From positions 1,383 to 65,382 of the forward strand of contig DUOD01000063.1 in assembly GCA_012838995.1 (NCBI GenBank): a DNA stretch of 64,000 bases. The letters are read 5' to 3'. How positions within the stretch are numbered: the stretch's first letter is position 1; each line of letters starts with the position of its first letter. Position numbers and translations under genes: made by a program. The DNA is from Clostridiales bacterium (GTDB taxonomy: Bacteria; Bacillota; Clostridia; DUOD01). A model generated the notes under the pieces. The model saw only the letters and a program-made list of their open reading frames with translations, did no database searches and was not told the DNA's origin. Positions 32,185 through 41,315 of this stretch are shown here, one piece after another.

Positions 32185-32352
32185 ATGTAATCCTCCTATC
32201 TAAATCATATAGATTTTAAAAAGTATCGTATTCCACTTAAACAAGCTGCAATTCAAATAATATTATACAATATAATATGGAATTTGGTCAGTTATTGTTA
32301 AAATTATTGCTAAAAATTAAAGGGGAAACGGGCGTTCCGTCTCCCCTTTAAT

Positions 32353-32616
32353 CTATTCCATCTCGTTAATGGCCTCGTATTTCTCTAGTACAGCCGTCTG
32401 GATCATCTCTCTGGTTTGGGCATTTATTGGGTGGGCAATATCCTTATATTCCCCATCCGGCGTTTTCCTACTGGGCATTGCTATGAACATTCCGTTTTGT
32501 CCTTCTATAATCTTAATATCGTGCACCACAAATTCTTCATCAAAGGTTACAGAAACTATTGCTTTCATCTTACCTTCCGAATTTATTCTTCTAATTCTAA
32601 CATCGGTAATTTTCAC
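32353..32616 (-). CDS. spoVG: Septation regulator SpoVG
   Basis: ITDVRIR, FIAMPS and DIAHPI motifs. Confidence 0.97.
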   Translation of the reverse strand: MKITDVRIRRINSEGKMKAIVSVTFDEEFVVHDIKIIEGQNGMFIAMPSRKTPDGEYKDIAHPINAQTREMIQTAVLEKYEAINEME

Positions 32617-32660
32617 TTTTGTTCACCACCTTCCAGTTAGTCAAATATTGTCAGTTAATA

Positions 32661-32687
32661 ATTCGGCATTTATTTAAATACTCCTGC
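32661..32687 (-). promoter_or_regulatory. Sigma-H promoter of spoVG
   Basis: Minus strand GCAGGA-N17-GAAT; spoVG is the classic sigma-H target. Confidence 0.75.
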
Positions 32688-32728
32688 TTAAAATCGAAAT
32701 TTTTTCAGGTTTTTTAATGATTTAACCG

Positions 32729-33544
32729 TTAAACCCACCGGCTGGGGCTAATTTTAACGATTTTTTTGTCCTCATCAACCTCATCCAATACCATCAAAGA
32801 AATATAATTATCAACTAACTTTTGCTCAGGCTCCTTGGTGGCAATCAAAACACCTATTCCTTTAAGGGAAATATTAAATTCTCCCAATAATTCAATAATG
32901 CCCTTGGCACTGCCCCCTCCCCTCATAAAATCGTCGATGATTAGGGCACTGCTACCGTTCTTAACCGCCCTCCTTGACAGAGACATGGTTTGTATCCTTT
33001 TATTATATCCCGATACATAGTTTATACTCACCGATGAACCCTCAGTAACCTTGCTATCCCGCCGGGCGATGACCAGCGGTTTGTTCAATGCCCGGGCGGT
33101 CATCAATGCTACTGGGATGCCCTTGGTTTCAACGGTAATCACAAAGTCTATTTCATGTTCAACAAAATATCCCGCCAGGATACACCCAATTCTCTCCACT
33201 ATATGGGGCATATATATTATATCCGTCATATACAAAAAACCGCCGGGAATTAGCCGATGCTTTTCCGATAACTTGTCACACAATTCTTTTACAAATTCAT
33301 ATCTATTCCGACGGGATATTTCCGGGAAATATCTTATACCGCCCGAAGCACCGGCAATGGAATCCACGCTTCCCAAGTCATAATTTTCCATAATATCCCT
33401 AATTATTGCAATGTCTTCACATATGGTTGATTTGGCAGTACCGAATAATTCAGAAAAATAATTTAGCGTGAAAATTTTATTAGGCCTCTGGGATAATATA
33501 CTTACTATGGCACCTATACGCTCATTTCTTTTTATCCTAGACAC
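32729..33544 (-). CDS. purR: Purine operon repressor PurR (Firmicutes type)
   Basis: AKSTICED wHTH; GASGG, PGGFLY and IIDDFMRGGG PRT motifs. Confidence 0.96.
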   Translation of the reverse strand: MSRIKRNERIGAIVSILSQRPNKIFTLNYFSELFGTAKSTICEDIAIIRDIMENYDLGSVDSIAGASGGIRYFPEISRRNRYEFVKELCDKLSEKHRLIPGGFLYMTDIIYMPHIVERIGCILAGYFVEHEIDFVITVETKGIPVALMTARALNKPLVIARRDSKVTEGSSVSINYVSGYNKRIQTMSLSRRAVKNGSSALIIDDFMRGGGSAKGIIELLGEFNISLKGIGVLIATKEPEQKLVDNYISLMVLDEVDEDKKIVKISPSRWV

Positions 33545-33558
33545 AATATTCCTCCTAA

Positions 33559-33571
33559 AAATCCGAATATT
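33559..33571. promoter_or_regulatory. Candidate PurBox (PurR autoregulation)
   Basis: AAATCCGAATATT fits the WWWHVCGAAYRWT consensus, directly upstream of purR. Confidence 0.5.
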
Positions 33572-33830
33572 CTTTTAATTATTTATATTTTAATTCACTT
33601 TTAGGATAATTTCCATATAAACATGATTTTTTGTTTGAATTTTAGTATTATATTCCACGGTAGAAATATACTTAGTATATGGAAATAATATTTGCAACTA
33701 TAAATTATCGTTATGAATTTAAAAAATATGTTATAATCTATGTGTCTAATTTTATATTCTATAACATTGTATATTACTGGATATAATACAATATAATCTT
33801 TATTGTTTAACAGAGTTGGGAGTTGTAACA

Positions 33831-35264
33831 ATGGACCTTACCAAATTTTTAAAAGCCGAAGCACCCGTTCATTTTATAGGAATAGGCGGTATAGGTATGA
33901 GCGCCCTGGCTGAAATACTTTTTAGTCAAGGGTATAAAATAACGGGTTCGGATATAAGAGAATCAACCATCACCGGTAGACTGCAACAAAAAGGTATAAA
34001 GGTATACATAGGCCACGATGAAAACAATGTGGACCATGCAGGCCTGGTGGTATATACAGCCGCCATAAGGAATGATAACCCCGAACTGGTGAAGGCAAAG
34101 GCCATGGGGATACCTTTGATGGACAGGGCAACGCTGTTGGGCCTTATAATGAAACAGTACAAGTACGCCATTGCAGTATCCGGGTCCCATGGAAAAACCA
34201 CCACCACCTCACTGCTTTCCATAATATTAAAGGATGCAGCGCTGGACCCGACGGTGCTAATAGGGGGCGAGGTGGATGCCATCGGCGGTAATGTCAGGGT
34301 GGGCAAAAGCCCTTATTTTATTACAGAGGCCTGTGAATACGTGGAAAGTTTCCTTAAATTCTTTCCATACATAGGCATTATATTAAACATCGATGCTGAT
34401 CACCTTGATTATTTCAGCAACATAGACCATGTGGCCAATGCTTTTTTAAAATTTGCCAAGCTGATACCTCAAGAAGGTTATGCGGTGATTTGCTATGATG
34501 ATACAAAGGCCGCACATATCGCCGATAAAATAACGTGTAATGTAATAACCTATGGCATAAATAATAATTGTAAATGGACGGCCAAAAATATAACCTTTGA
34601 CGATAGGGGTAACAGTACATACGATCTTTACCATGAGGGATGTTTTGTAGATAAAATATTTTTAAAGATTCCGGGAACCTATAATATTTATAATTCTTTG
34701 GCGGCCATAGCGGTGGCCAGGATATTTGACATCGATTTTTCGTGTATCAAAAAAAGCCTGTTATCCTTTAACGGTACCCATAGGCGGTTTGAGCTCAAGG
34801 GCAGCATCAACGGTATAGCCGTTATAGACGACTATGCCCACCATCCCACCGAAATCAGGGCAACCCTGGAAGCCGCTAAAAAGCTTAAGACCAACAAAAT
34901 ATGGTGTATATTTCAGCCCCATACATATACCCGCACCCAAAAACTTTTCAATGAATTTGCAACAGCCTTCGGCAACGCCGACAAGGTTGTAGTCGCCGAT
35001 ATATACGCAGCACGGGAAAAAAACCCCGGAACGGTAAATTTAAATGAGCTGGCCGATTTAATAAGCAAGAACGGCACCCCGGCGATATATATAAACTCCT
35101 TTGAGGAGATAGAGGACTATATAACAAAGGAAATGGAACCCGGGGATTTAATATTGACCGTAGGGGCAGGGGATATTTACCGGGTGGGTGAGGGTATATT
35201 GAACAGCCAAAGCAAGGGCGAACAGAAAATCCATAGACTGCCCACAAAGGTATTAAAAAAGTAG
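33831..35264 (+). CDS. murC: UDP-N-acetylmuramate--L-alanine ligase
   Basis: GIGGIGMS, GSHGKTTT, DDYAHHPTE and FQPH motifs. Confidence 0.97.
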   Translation: MDLTKFLKAEAPVHFIGIGGIGMSALAEILFSQGYKITGSDIRESTITGRLQQKGIKVYIGHDENNVDHAGLVVYTAAIRNDNPELVKAKAMGIPLMDRATLLGLIMKQYKYAIAVSGSHGKTTTTSLLSIILKDAALDPTVLIGGEVDAIGGNVRVGKSPYFITEACEYVESFLKFFPYIGIILNIDADHLDYFSNIDHVANAFLKFAKLIPQEGYAVICYDDTKAAHIADKITCNVITYGINNNCKWTAKNITFDDRGNSTYDLYHEGCFVDKIFLKIPGTYNIYNSLAAIAVARIFDIDFSCIKKSLLSFNGTHRRFELKGSINGIAVIDDYAHHPTEIRATLEAAKKLKTNKIWCIFQPHTYTRTQKLFNEFATAFGNADKVVVADIYAAREKNPGTVNLNELADLISKNGTPAIYINSFEEIEDYITKEMEPGDLILTVGAGDIYRVGEGILNSQSKGEQKIHRLPTKVLKK

Positions 35265-35280
35265 CCTAGGCTACTTTTTT
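35255..35280. terminator. Bidirectional terminator between murC and the convergent gene
   Basis: aaaaaagtagcc-tag-ggctactttttt. Confidence 0.7.
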
Positions 35281-36190
35281 AATACCTTCCGTAAACTGCC
35301 CTTAAGATGTACCTTGAAAGGAACAACATGCTTAATGTGCCCAAGGTGGTATGGATACCCGATATAATCCTGTATAAAGACCAGGGTTCCCGGGAAAGGC
35401 CGGGAAAATTGCCGGTGATAAATGGATAAAATGTAAATCCGTAAATAATGGTTATGGCTATGAAAATAACCGTCCATTTAAAGGGCGAGCCATTGGCTTC
35501 GGCTCCTCCCCTAATAATCCACATTTCCTCATTTATTCCGTCAGCGGTAAAATATCTGTCCTTGAGTTGTTCTATCATCTTTTTGCTCTTTTCAAAATTG
35601 GCATAACCCGACACGGTGACCAATTCTTCCACAAAGCTGAAGAATAGGGTTTCGTCAATGGAAGCCCCCAGTATATAATCCTCCAGCCTGTCCACATTAT
35701 ATTTGTCATTGTAACCGTTCTTAACCAGCTGGGTTTTCAATTGGTTGATGTAATCCTTATTTTGGGCACCGGGGGAGTTAACGGCTCCGCATAATACGGA
35801 TACGTCATAAAGCTTGTCCAACAGCTCCACACGCTCTTCCACCGAATCGGAATGGGAAATTGCCGTCAGTATCTCCCCATGCAATGTATTAATATTGGAA
35901 TTGTCATTTTCCTTGAGCAAGGATATAAATCCGGGTTTTGCCTTCCTAAGTTTTTTTCTGGCATCATCCACCTTGGAAAAAGCAAATATATTGCCCACCA
36001 CCAATATGCCCAATACGGCTGCCGATGAAATGGATATTATTCCTATCAATGGTTGTAAAGCTTTCATTTCAACGACGGGTAAAATAAAATACCACCATGC
36101 CGCCAAAAATATTATCACCAGAATTAAAACGATTATAAATGCACTGCCAAAGGTAGCATAAGATAACTTCCTGTTTACAATGGCCCTCAT
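35279..36190 (-). CDS. Hypothetical membrane protein
   Basis: 303 aa with 2 N-terminal and 2 C-terminal hydrophobic helices; AAGGAG RBS; upstream AGGA-N17-GAAT at 36225-36249. Confidence 0.7.
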   Translation of the reverse strand: MRAIVNRKLSYATFGSAFIIVLILVIIFLAAWWYFILPVVEMKALQPLIGIISISSAAVLGILVVGNIFAFSKVDDARKKLRKAKPGFISLLKENDNSNINTLHGEILTAISHSDSVEERVELLDKLYDVSVLCGAVNSPGAQNKDYINQLKTQLVKNGYNDKYNVDRLEDYILGASIDETLFFSFVEELVTVSGYANFEKSKKMIEQLKDRYFTADGINEEMWIIRGGAEANGSPFKWTVIFIAITIIYGFTFYPFITGNFPGLSREPWSLYRIISGIHTTLGTLSMLFLSRYILRAVYGRY

Positions 36191-36259
36191 ACACTCCTTC
36201 CCCCTCCACTTGATTTATATTACTATTCTATGAATATAAGGGAAATCCTCCTAAATTTG

Positions 36260-36499
36260 CTATAATTTATCTATATTTCCCTGCCTGTGTTTGCTTGTAC
36301 GATTAATGAATAATGACGCCCACAGCGCTGTTATGGTTATGGCCATTGTTAACCCTATACTACCCGCCAAGGACCTTACTATTTCCATGGCCACCAAATC
36401 CAAATTCAGTATTCTCAATAGGGAATTGTCATAGGCCATGAAAAGTAATAAAAGGGGTATGGTACTACCTGCATATGCCAAGATAAGGGTATTTGACAT
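36260..36499 (-). pseudogene. C-terminal fragment of a YibE/F-family membrane protein
   Basis: MSNTLILAYAGSTIPLLLLF...EIVRSLAGSIGL matches the YibE/F C-terminus; the upstream part is absent. Confidence 0.65.
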
Positions 36500-36637
36500 C
36501 ACCCCTTCCCGCTTCAATATTTTCAACCGGCCACAAGCAAAAAAGATTTCCCATTCTGTAGGGAAACCTTTTATCCGTTCATGATATCAAAGGACAGCAA
36601 GTGACATATATGTTGGTGAAAAGCTTAAAAATGTTTA

Positions 36638-36889
36638 TCAGATATTTATCTTTTTTATTGTAACCCTGTCTTCTATACCGCAATTACTGCATCTGTACAA
36701 ATGGACACAGGCCTGTTCACAAACTTGCTGATATTCAACGGGTAGATTTACGGTATCTTGCTCCTGATAGGGACTGTAAGGCCCAAAAAAATCCTGCAAC
36801 GCCCCCATTTCTTTCATGTAACTTCCACACCGGGGACAAAAGCTTTGGTGCTCTTCAAGACCGTTACATACCGGACAAATTGTATCCAT
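36638..36889 (-). CDS. Small Cys-rich (zinc-ribbon-like) conserved protein
   Basis: CPVC, CPRC, CxH and CSNC motifs with DFFGPYSPY; 83 aa. Confidence 0.75.
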   Translation of the reverse strand: MDTICPVCNGLEEHQSFCPRCGSYMKEMGALQDFFGPYSPYQEQDTVNLPVEYQQVCEQACVHLYRCSNCGIEDRVTIKKINI

Positions 36890-37087
36890 ATGCCCACCCT
36901 ACTTCCTTTGTTTTTTCATACCTTATAGTGCCCTTTTTTTAACATATAAAACCGCCGGTTTTCCGTCAAAAAATGGATATATTCCCGGCAAACCTTTTTT
37001 ATAAAAATTCCGGTCGAGGACACATAACAAAAGGGCCAAAATATTGGCCCTTTCGCCGTGCTGGAAATGCTTTAACTGTTCAATTCT

Positions 37088-38341
37088 TTAATAACCTGCA
37101 GCTTTCCTCACCATAGTCTGATGCTGGCTGTCTACTTTATTGGTATTGTGAGTTCGACTGTTTAAAAAGTGTATGTCAAAATGACCGTTGAAATTGTTGT
37201 CGGTTATATACTCAATGTCGTGGGGCATGGAAGTGGCAGATGCCGCAATCTTTCTATTGCCTACAAACACTACCACCGCCCGTCTTTCCCAGCTCCATTT
37301 ATTGCCCCAGATTTTGTACATTATGGCAGTATCCTGGGCAGTTAACGGTTCCGCGTCCGCATGGGACGCTCCGATGGTACGCTTGGCTTTAAAACTCAAT
37401 CCGGTGTCCAGGTCCACAATTGTAGCAACACATCCTATGGGAAAGAGATATTGGGCGCCTGTCCACCAGTCGAGGTATTCACCAAACTTTTCACCCTTTC
37501 TGGGCAATTCGGGTATATTATATACGGGTATTTTAAGTTCTTGACCCACATATAATACACTGTTCTGGGAAAGGTTGTTCAGCTCGAGGATTTCCGCCAT
37601 GGGTATTCCGTATTTAATACTTAAATCCCAGGCATTATCCCCCGGTTTTACCTTATGTATAATATAAGTTTTTGTAGCTGAACCTCCCCCCGGTGATGAG
37701 CTTGATTGTCCGGGGATTATTAAGCGATCGCCCACATATAATATGGAATTGGCCGTTTTATTGTTGGCCTTCATTATATCCGCCATGGGGACGTTGTACC
37801 GCTGACTCAGCTTCCAAAAGGTATCCCCGGGCTGTACTACATGAACCCTTTGCCCTGTCCCAACACCTCCGCCATTATTGGATGATGATTTCAGCGGTAT
37901 AATCAGCTTTTCACCAACGTAGATTATGGAAGACTCCGTCTTGTTATTGGCGCTGATTATATCCGCCATGGGAACGTTATACTGCTGACTCAGCTTCCAA
38001 AAGGTGTCCCCGGCTTTGACAATATGGACCTTGATTTGGCCGGACATTAATTCATTCATTTTCGCCCGGGTAATGGGTCCTATATTGCCCGTGGTACTAA
38101 TGCCATAATCCCTTTGGAAATCCATTACCGCTTTTTTTATGATAGGTCCGAAATAGCCCGTGGAATTTGCTTTAAAGTAACCCAAACTTTTCAGCAAATC
38201 CTGGGCCTGACGGACATCCTCACCGCTCATACCCTCAACCAAGTTCCTGTTGAGGGCGGCTTGAGCCATGCCGGTTGTTGTCCCTAGCAACAGCAAAACA
38301 ACAACCACAAATACAGTAACCCTTAACACCCTTTTCTTCAA
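37088..38341 (-). CDS. Secreted peptidoglycan-binding protein (PG_binding_1 + 3 LysM + conserved C-terminal domain)
   Basis: Signal peptide from TTG at 38341 (LKKRVLRV...AQA); three LysM repeats; C-terminal HADAEP and NNFNGHFDIHF. The ORF-track extension to 38497 covers the riboswitch. Confidence 0.88.
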   Translation of the reverse strand: MKKRVLRVTVFVVVVLLLLGTTTGMAQAALNRNLVEGMSGEDVRQAQDLLKSLGYFKANSTGYFGPIIKKAVMDFQRDYGISTTGNIGPITRAKMNELMSGQIKVHIVKAGDTFWKLSQQYNVPMADIISANNKTESSIIYVGEKLIIPLKSSSNNGGGVGTGQRVHVVQPGDTFWKLSQRYNVPMADIMKANNKTANSILYVGDRLIIPGQSSSSPGGGSATKTYIIHKVKPGDNAWDLSIKYGIPMAEILELNNLSQNSVLYVGQELKIPVYNIPELPRKGEKFGEYLDWWTGAQYLFPIGCVATIVDLDTGLSFKAKRTIGASHADAEPLTAQDTAIMYKIWGNKWSWERRAVVVFVGNRKIAASATSMPHDIEYITDNNFNGHFDIHFLNSRTHNTNKVDSQHQTMVRKAAGY

Positions 38342-38359
38342 TTTTGATCTCCTCTCTCC

Positions 38360-38470
38360 TTGGCCTACGGGGTTAGTTGACGGATTCGGGTAGAGAGTGT
38401 ACCCTACTGCAAAAGCAGATTCACCCCAAATTTTTTCCCCCGTTTTCATATTTTGAAATTCGGCACCCAG
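38360..38470 (-). ncRNA. c-di-AMP riboswitch (ydaO-yuaA class)
   Basis: Minus strand GCCGAAT...ACGGGGGAA...TTGGGGTGAATC...GTAGGG...CCCGAATCCGTCAACTAACCCCGTAGGC, upstream of a cell-wall gene. Confidence 0.9.
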
Positions 38471-38559
38471 CACGGTACTTTTAGTATAATATAGCAAGGG
38501 TCAATAATACAGCTGTATTTTGTGGTAACTTTGTTTACATATTCCAATAGCGGACATGT

Positions 38560-38820
38560 TTACCTAATGCCGTCTATCATATACAAAATCTCATCTTCCG
38601 AATTTTCATTCCTACTTACCATAAATACAAAGTTGTTATTGCCGCCGGCAAACAATTGGTTGGCGCATAAAGTACTAACACCAATCATCGCAGAGGGTAA
38701 ATATAAGATATCATCGATTATCTCCCGGGTATTATCCATATCCACCACCCTATAACCTTTGCCGGTTAATCTATTACCAATATGCCCCGGTCCCTTCTGT
38801 ACAGCAATGACTTTTGTCAA
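38560..38820 (-). CDS. YkuS/UPF0180-like small protein (divergent)
   Basis: VIAVQKG...LTGKGYRVVDM N-terminus; 86 aa. Confidence 0.55.
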   Translation of the reverse strand: MTKVIAVQKGPGHIGNRLTGKGYRVVDMDNTREIIDDILYLPSAMIGVSTLCANQLFAGGNNNFVFMVSRNENSEDEILYMIDGIR

Positions 38821-38853
38821 TGTAAGTCATCCCTTTCCTATACCCATACTGTC

Positions 38854-40635
38854 TCACTTATTATTCCCCTTTCCTTTTGTGCTGTTATGGAATATAAAAC
38901 AGGCTTCTTTTGTTATGGGATGCTTTTTGCTGTAATCAAATATTATGTAAAGTTTCCTTTTGACGGGTGAGCTTTTTATGTCTTTAAGGACTGCTGAAAT
39001 ATCATGGCTAAAAACCTTAATGGTTATATGTTTTTTTAATTGCTTCATTGACATAAGTTTTCCGTCCGAGTACCGGCGGCGGTCAAGACCGGTTTCCTTC
39101 AGGATCATGTTAAAGGTTTCCTTATCCACCGAATAGTCTTGCTTTAAACCCGGTATATTCCCTTCCATCCTGTAGTACAGGAAATACTGGAACAGCACCA
39201 TGTCTTGAAATAGTTCAACATCTTGGTTTATACAACGACGGTAAAATTCCATCAACAAATGATAAAGGGTATATTGGGAATGGTTTTTTAGCTGGTACCC
39301 CTGCCCGTACCAAAAATCCGAAAGCCGTTCAAAAAACTCAAAGGGCTGGGTGAAGTAGCGTTGTATAATAAAATCCAACACGTAATTAAACCTGCCGGAA
39401 TTATAGAATTTGTCCACCATATCCTCCACTTTTTTAAGCCTGAGTATTTCGGCATAGGATATGTAATTATTTTCAATCACCTGGTAGGGCGGTTTTTGGG
39501 AAAATACGTATCCATGGCGAAAAGCCTCTTCCCGTAAACCGCTTCCCTTAAGCAGTTTTAAAAAACCCAGATGAACCTTGTCCGGCTTTAAATTATAAGT
39601 AAAATTAAAGGATTCTTTAAAACGCCGGTAATCTTCCCAGGGCAGCCCGGCTATCAAATCCAAATACTGCCTTACCTTGCCTGTTTGCTTGACCCTTTTG
39701 ACCCTGTCCTCAATTTTGAGCAAATCGGTTGTCCTGTTTATTGCCTTTAATGTTTTACTTTTCGTGGATTGTATGCCTATTTCAAACTGGAACATACCTA
39801 CAGGGGCTGTCTTTAACAGTTCTATTGCATCATCCTCCAATAAATGAGCTGCCATTTCAAAATGAAATGACGTTTGACCCCCTCGGTTTATTATATGTTC
39901 AACTATGGATTTGAACCTTTGAGCATGGCAGTTAAAGGTCCTATCCACAAATTTAACCCGCTTCACTCCCCGCTCTATCATTAAATCCAAATCCTCCTTC
40001 ACCCTGTCCAAGGGGAAATATTTTACTCCCTGGGTTAAGGAAGACAGACAATACGAACAGTTGAACGGACAACCCCTGGAGCTTTCGTAATACAAAATCC
40101 TACTGTCTAAATTGTCAATATAATCATCCAGAAACTCAGGTACATCCTTGGTAAGATCAACCGACCGCGCCATGCCCCGGTCAATAATTCCATCCCCCTT
40201 CCTGTACACCAGCCCGCTTATATCATTTATATCACCCTGTCGGGTGCATATATATTCAACCAGCAAAGGAAAGGCCACTTCGCCCTCTCCCCTGATTACA
40301 AAATCAATTGCCGGCACTTCAGCCATTAACCGGCTTGTTTCATAGGATACCTCCGGCCCACCCAAAACAAATACCGTTTGTTTCATAACCTTTTTTAAAT
40401 CCGTTACTATTTCCAATACCTGCTCTATATTCCATATGTAGCAGGATAGGGCCATTATATCCGGCTTTTGTTCAAACAGCTGCCCCTTTATGAGATCAAG
40501 GCCGTCGTTTATTGTATACTCATGAATATCCACCCGAACACCGGGCACCCCATTACGGCAGCTGCTTTTTAAGTAGTACAACGCCAGGTTTGAGTGGATA
40601 TACTGGGAATTCAATCCGGCTAACAATATCTTCAT
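38854..40635 (-). CDS. B12-binding radical SAM protein (DUF4080-type C-terminus)
   Basis: SCYIWN and GGPEVS B12 domain; RGCPFNCSYC CxxxCxxC motif. Confidence 0.92.
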   Translation of the reverse strand: MKILLAGLNSQYIHSNLALYYLKSSCRNGVPGVRVDIHEYTINDGLDLIKGQLFEQKPDIMALSCYIWNIEQVLEIVTDLKKVMKQTVFVLGGPEVSYETSRLMAEVPAIDFVIRGEGEVAFPLLVEYICTRQGDINDISGLVYRKGDGIIDRGMARSVDLTKDVPEFLDDYIDNLDSRILYYESSRGCPFNCSYCLSSLTQGVKYFPLDRVKEDLDLMIERGVKRVKFVDRTFNCHAQRFKSIVEHIINRGGQTSFHFEMAAHLLEDDAIELLKTAPVGMFQFEIGIQSTKSKTLKAINRTTDLLKIEDRVKRVKQTGKVRQYLDLIAGLPWEDYRRFKESFNFTYNLKPDKVHLGFLKLLKGSGLREEAFRHGYVFSQKPPYQVIENNYISYAEILRLKKVEDMVDKFYNSGRFNYVLDFIIQRYFTQPFEFFERLSDFWYGQGYQLKNHSQYTLYHLLMEFYRRCINQDVELFQDMVLFQYFLYYRMEGNIPGLKQDYSVDKETFNMILKETGLDRRRYSDGKLMSMKQLKKHITIKVFSHDISAVLKDIKSSPVKRKLYIIFDYSKKHPITKEACFIFHNSTKGKGNNK

Positions 40636-40728
40636 AATTACACCTCTGGATAATTTCTTTCATTAACACATGCCCTTAAAAACTCATATTATATTATAGC
40701 CCATTATAAACTTTTATGGAGGAATAAC

Positions 40729-40956
40729 ATGAACAAACTGGCAGAACTTTTCAATGACGATTTATTCCAGCAAATGATAAAAAACAAAAAAGTCAGTCTT
40801 ATTGACATAATTTCCATTCTTTTATTCCTCAGCAGCCGAGGTATTGAATTTTCCCTTTCTTTCACACCGGCCAGCAATACCTCCTTTGCCCGCCTTACCG
40901 TCTCCTTCAATGTCAGTCCGGCGATTAGAGTTTCGCTTGCCTTTGAATTGATTTAA
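40729..40956 (+). CDS. Small hypothetical protein, possibly late-sporulation/coat
   Basis: GGAGG RBS; upstream sigma-K-like ACA-N16-CATATTAT (40666-40692). Confidence 0.6.
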   Translation: MNKLAELFNDDLFQQMIKNKKVSLIDIISILLFLSSRGIEFSLSFTPASNTSFARLTVSFNVSPAIRVSLAFELI

Positions 40957-41315
40957 AAAATTTTGCAACGAAAAATCCCATGGGATGTATAGAGGAGATT
41001 CCATCGTTTTTTTGGGTAACCGAAAGATTTAAAAAGTTTTTTGACAAGGGAAGCTTTAACAATATAGAAGAGTTTTAAAGTGAAATGAAAGAAATGTATG
41101 GTTATGTCTAAACCAAAAAAATACCGTCCATCCCCTATGTTGGAGCTTAAAAGAATGTATGATTACGCCCAACCCCTCTTAAAAACAAAAAAGTGGTCAA
41201 ACCTGTGTTTTGCCCATTCCCCCATAGAAAATGCCCGGGTGAAAACCGCCAATGATTAAAACCAATCATGAATTATTACGGTATCCGTCGCCGGCATGAC
41301 AGTATAAATTCGTAC

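Noticed and set aside
33601-33831. 76-aa ORF or possible replication origin in the AT-rich purR-murC gap
   Set aside because: Low-complexity AT-rich divergent promoter region, no RBS, and I saw no DnaA-box cluster.
38342-38497. N-terminal extension of the LysM ORF in the ORF track
   Set aside because: It covers the c-di-AMP riboswitch; the RBS and signal peptide point to TTG at 38341.
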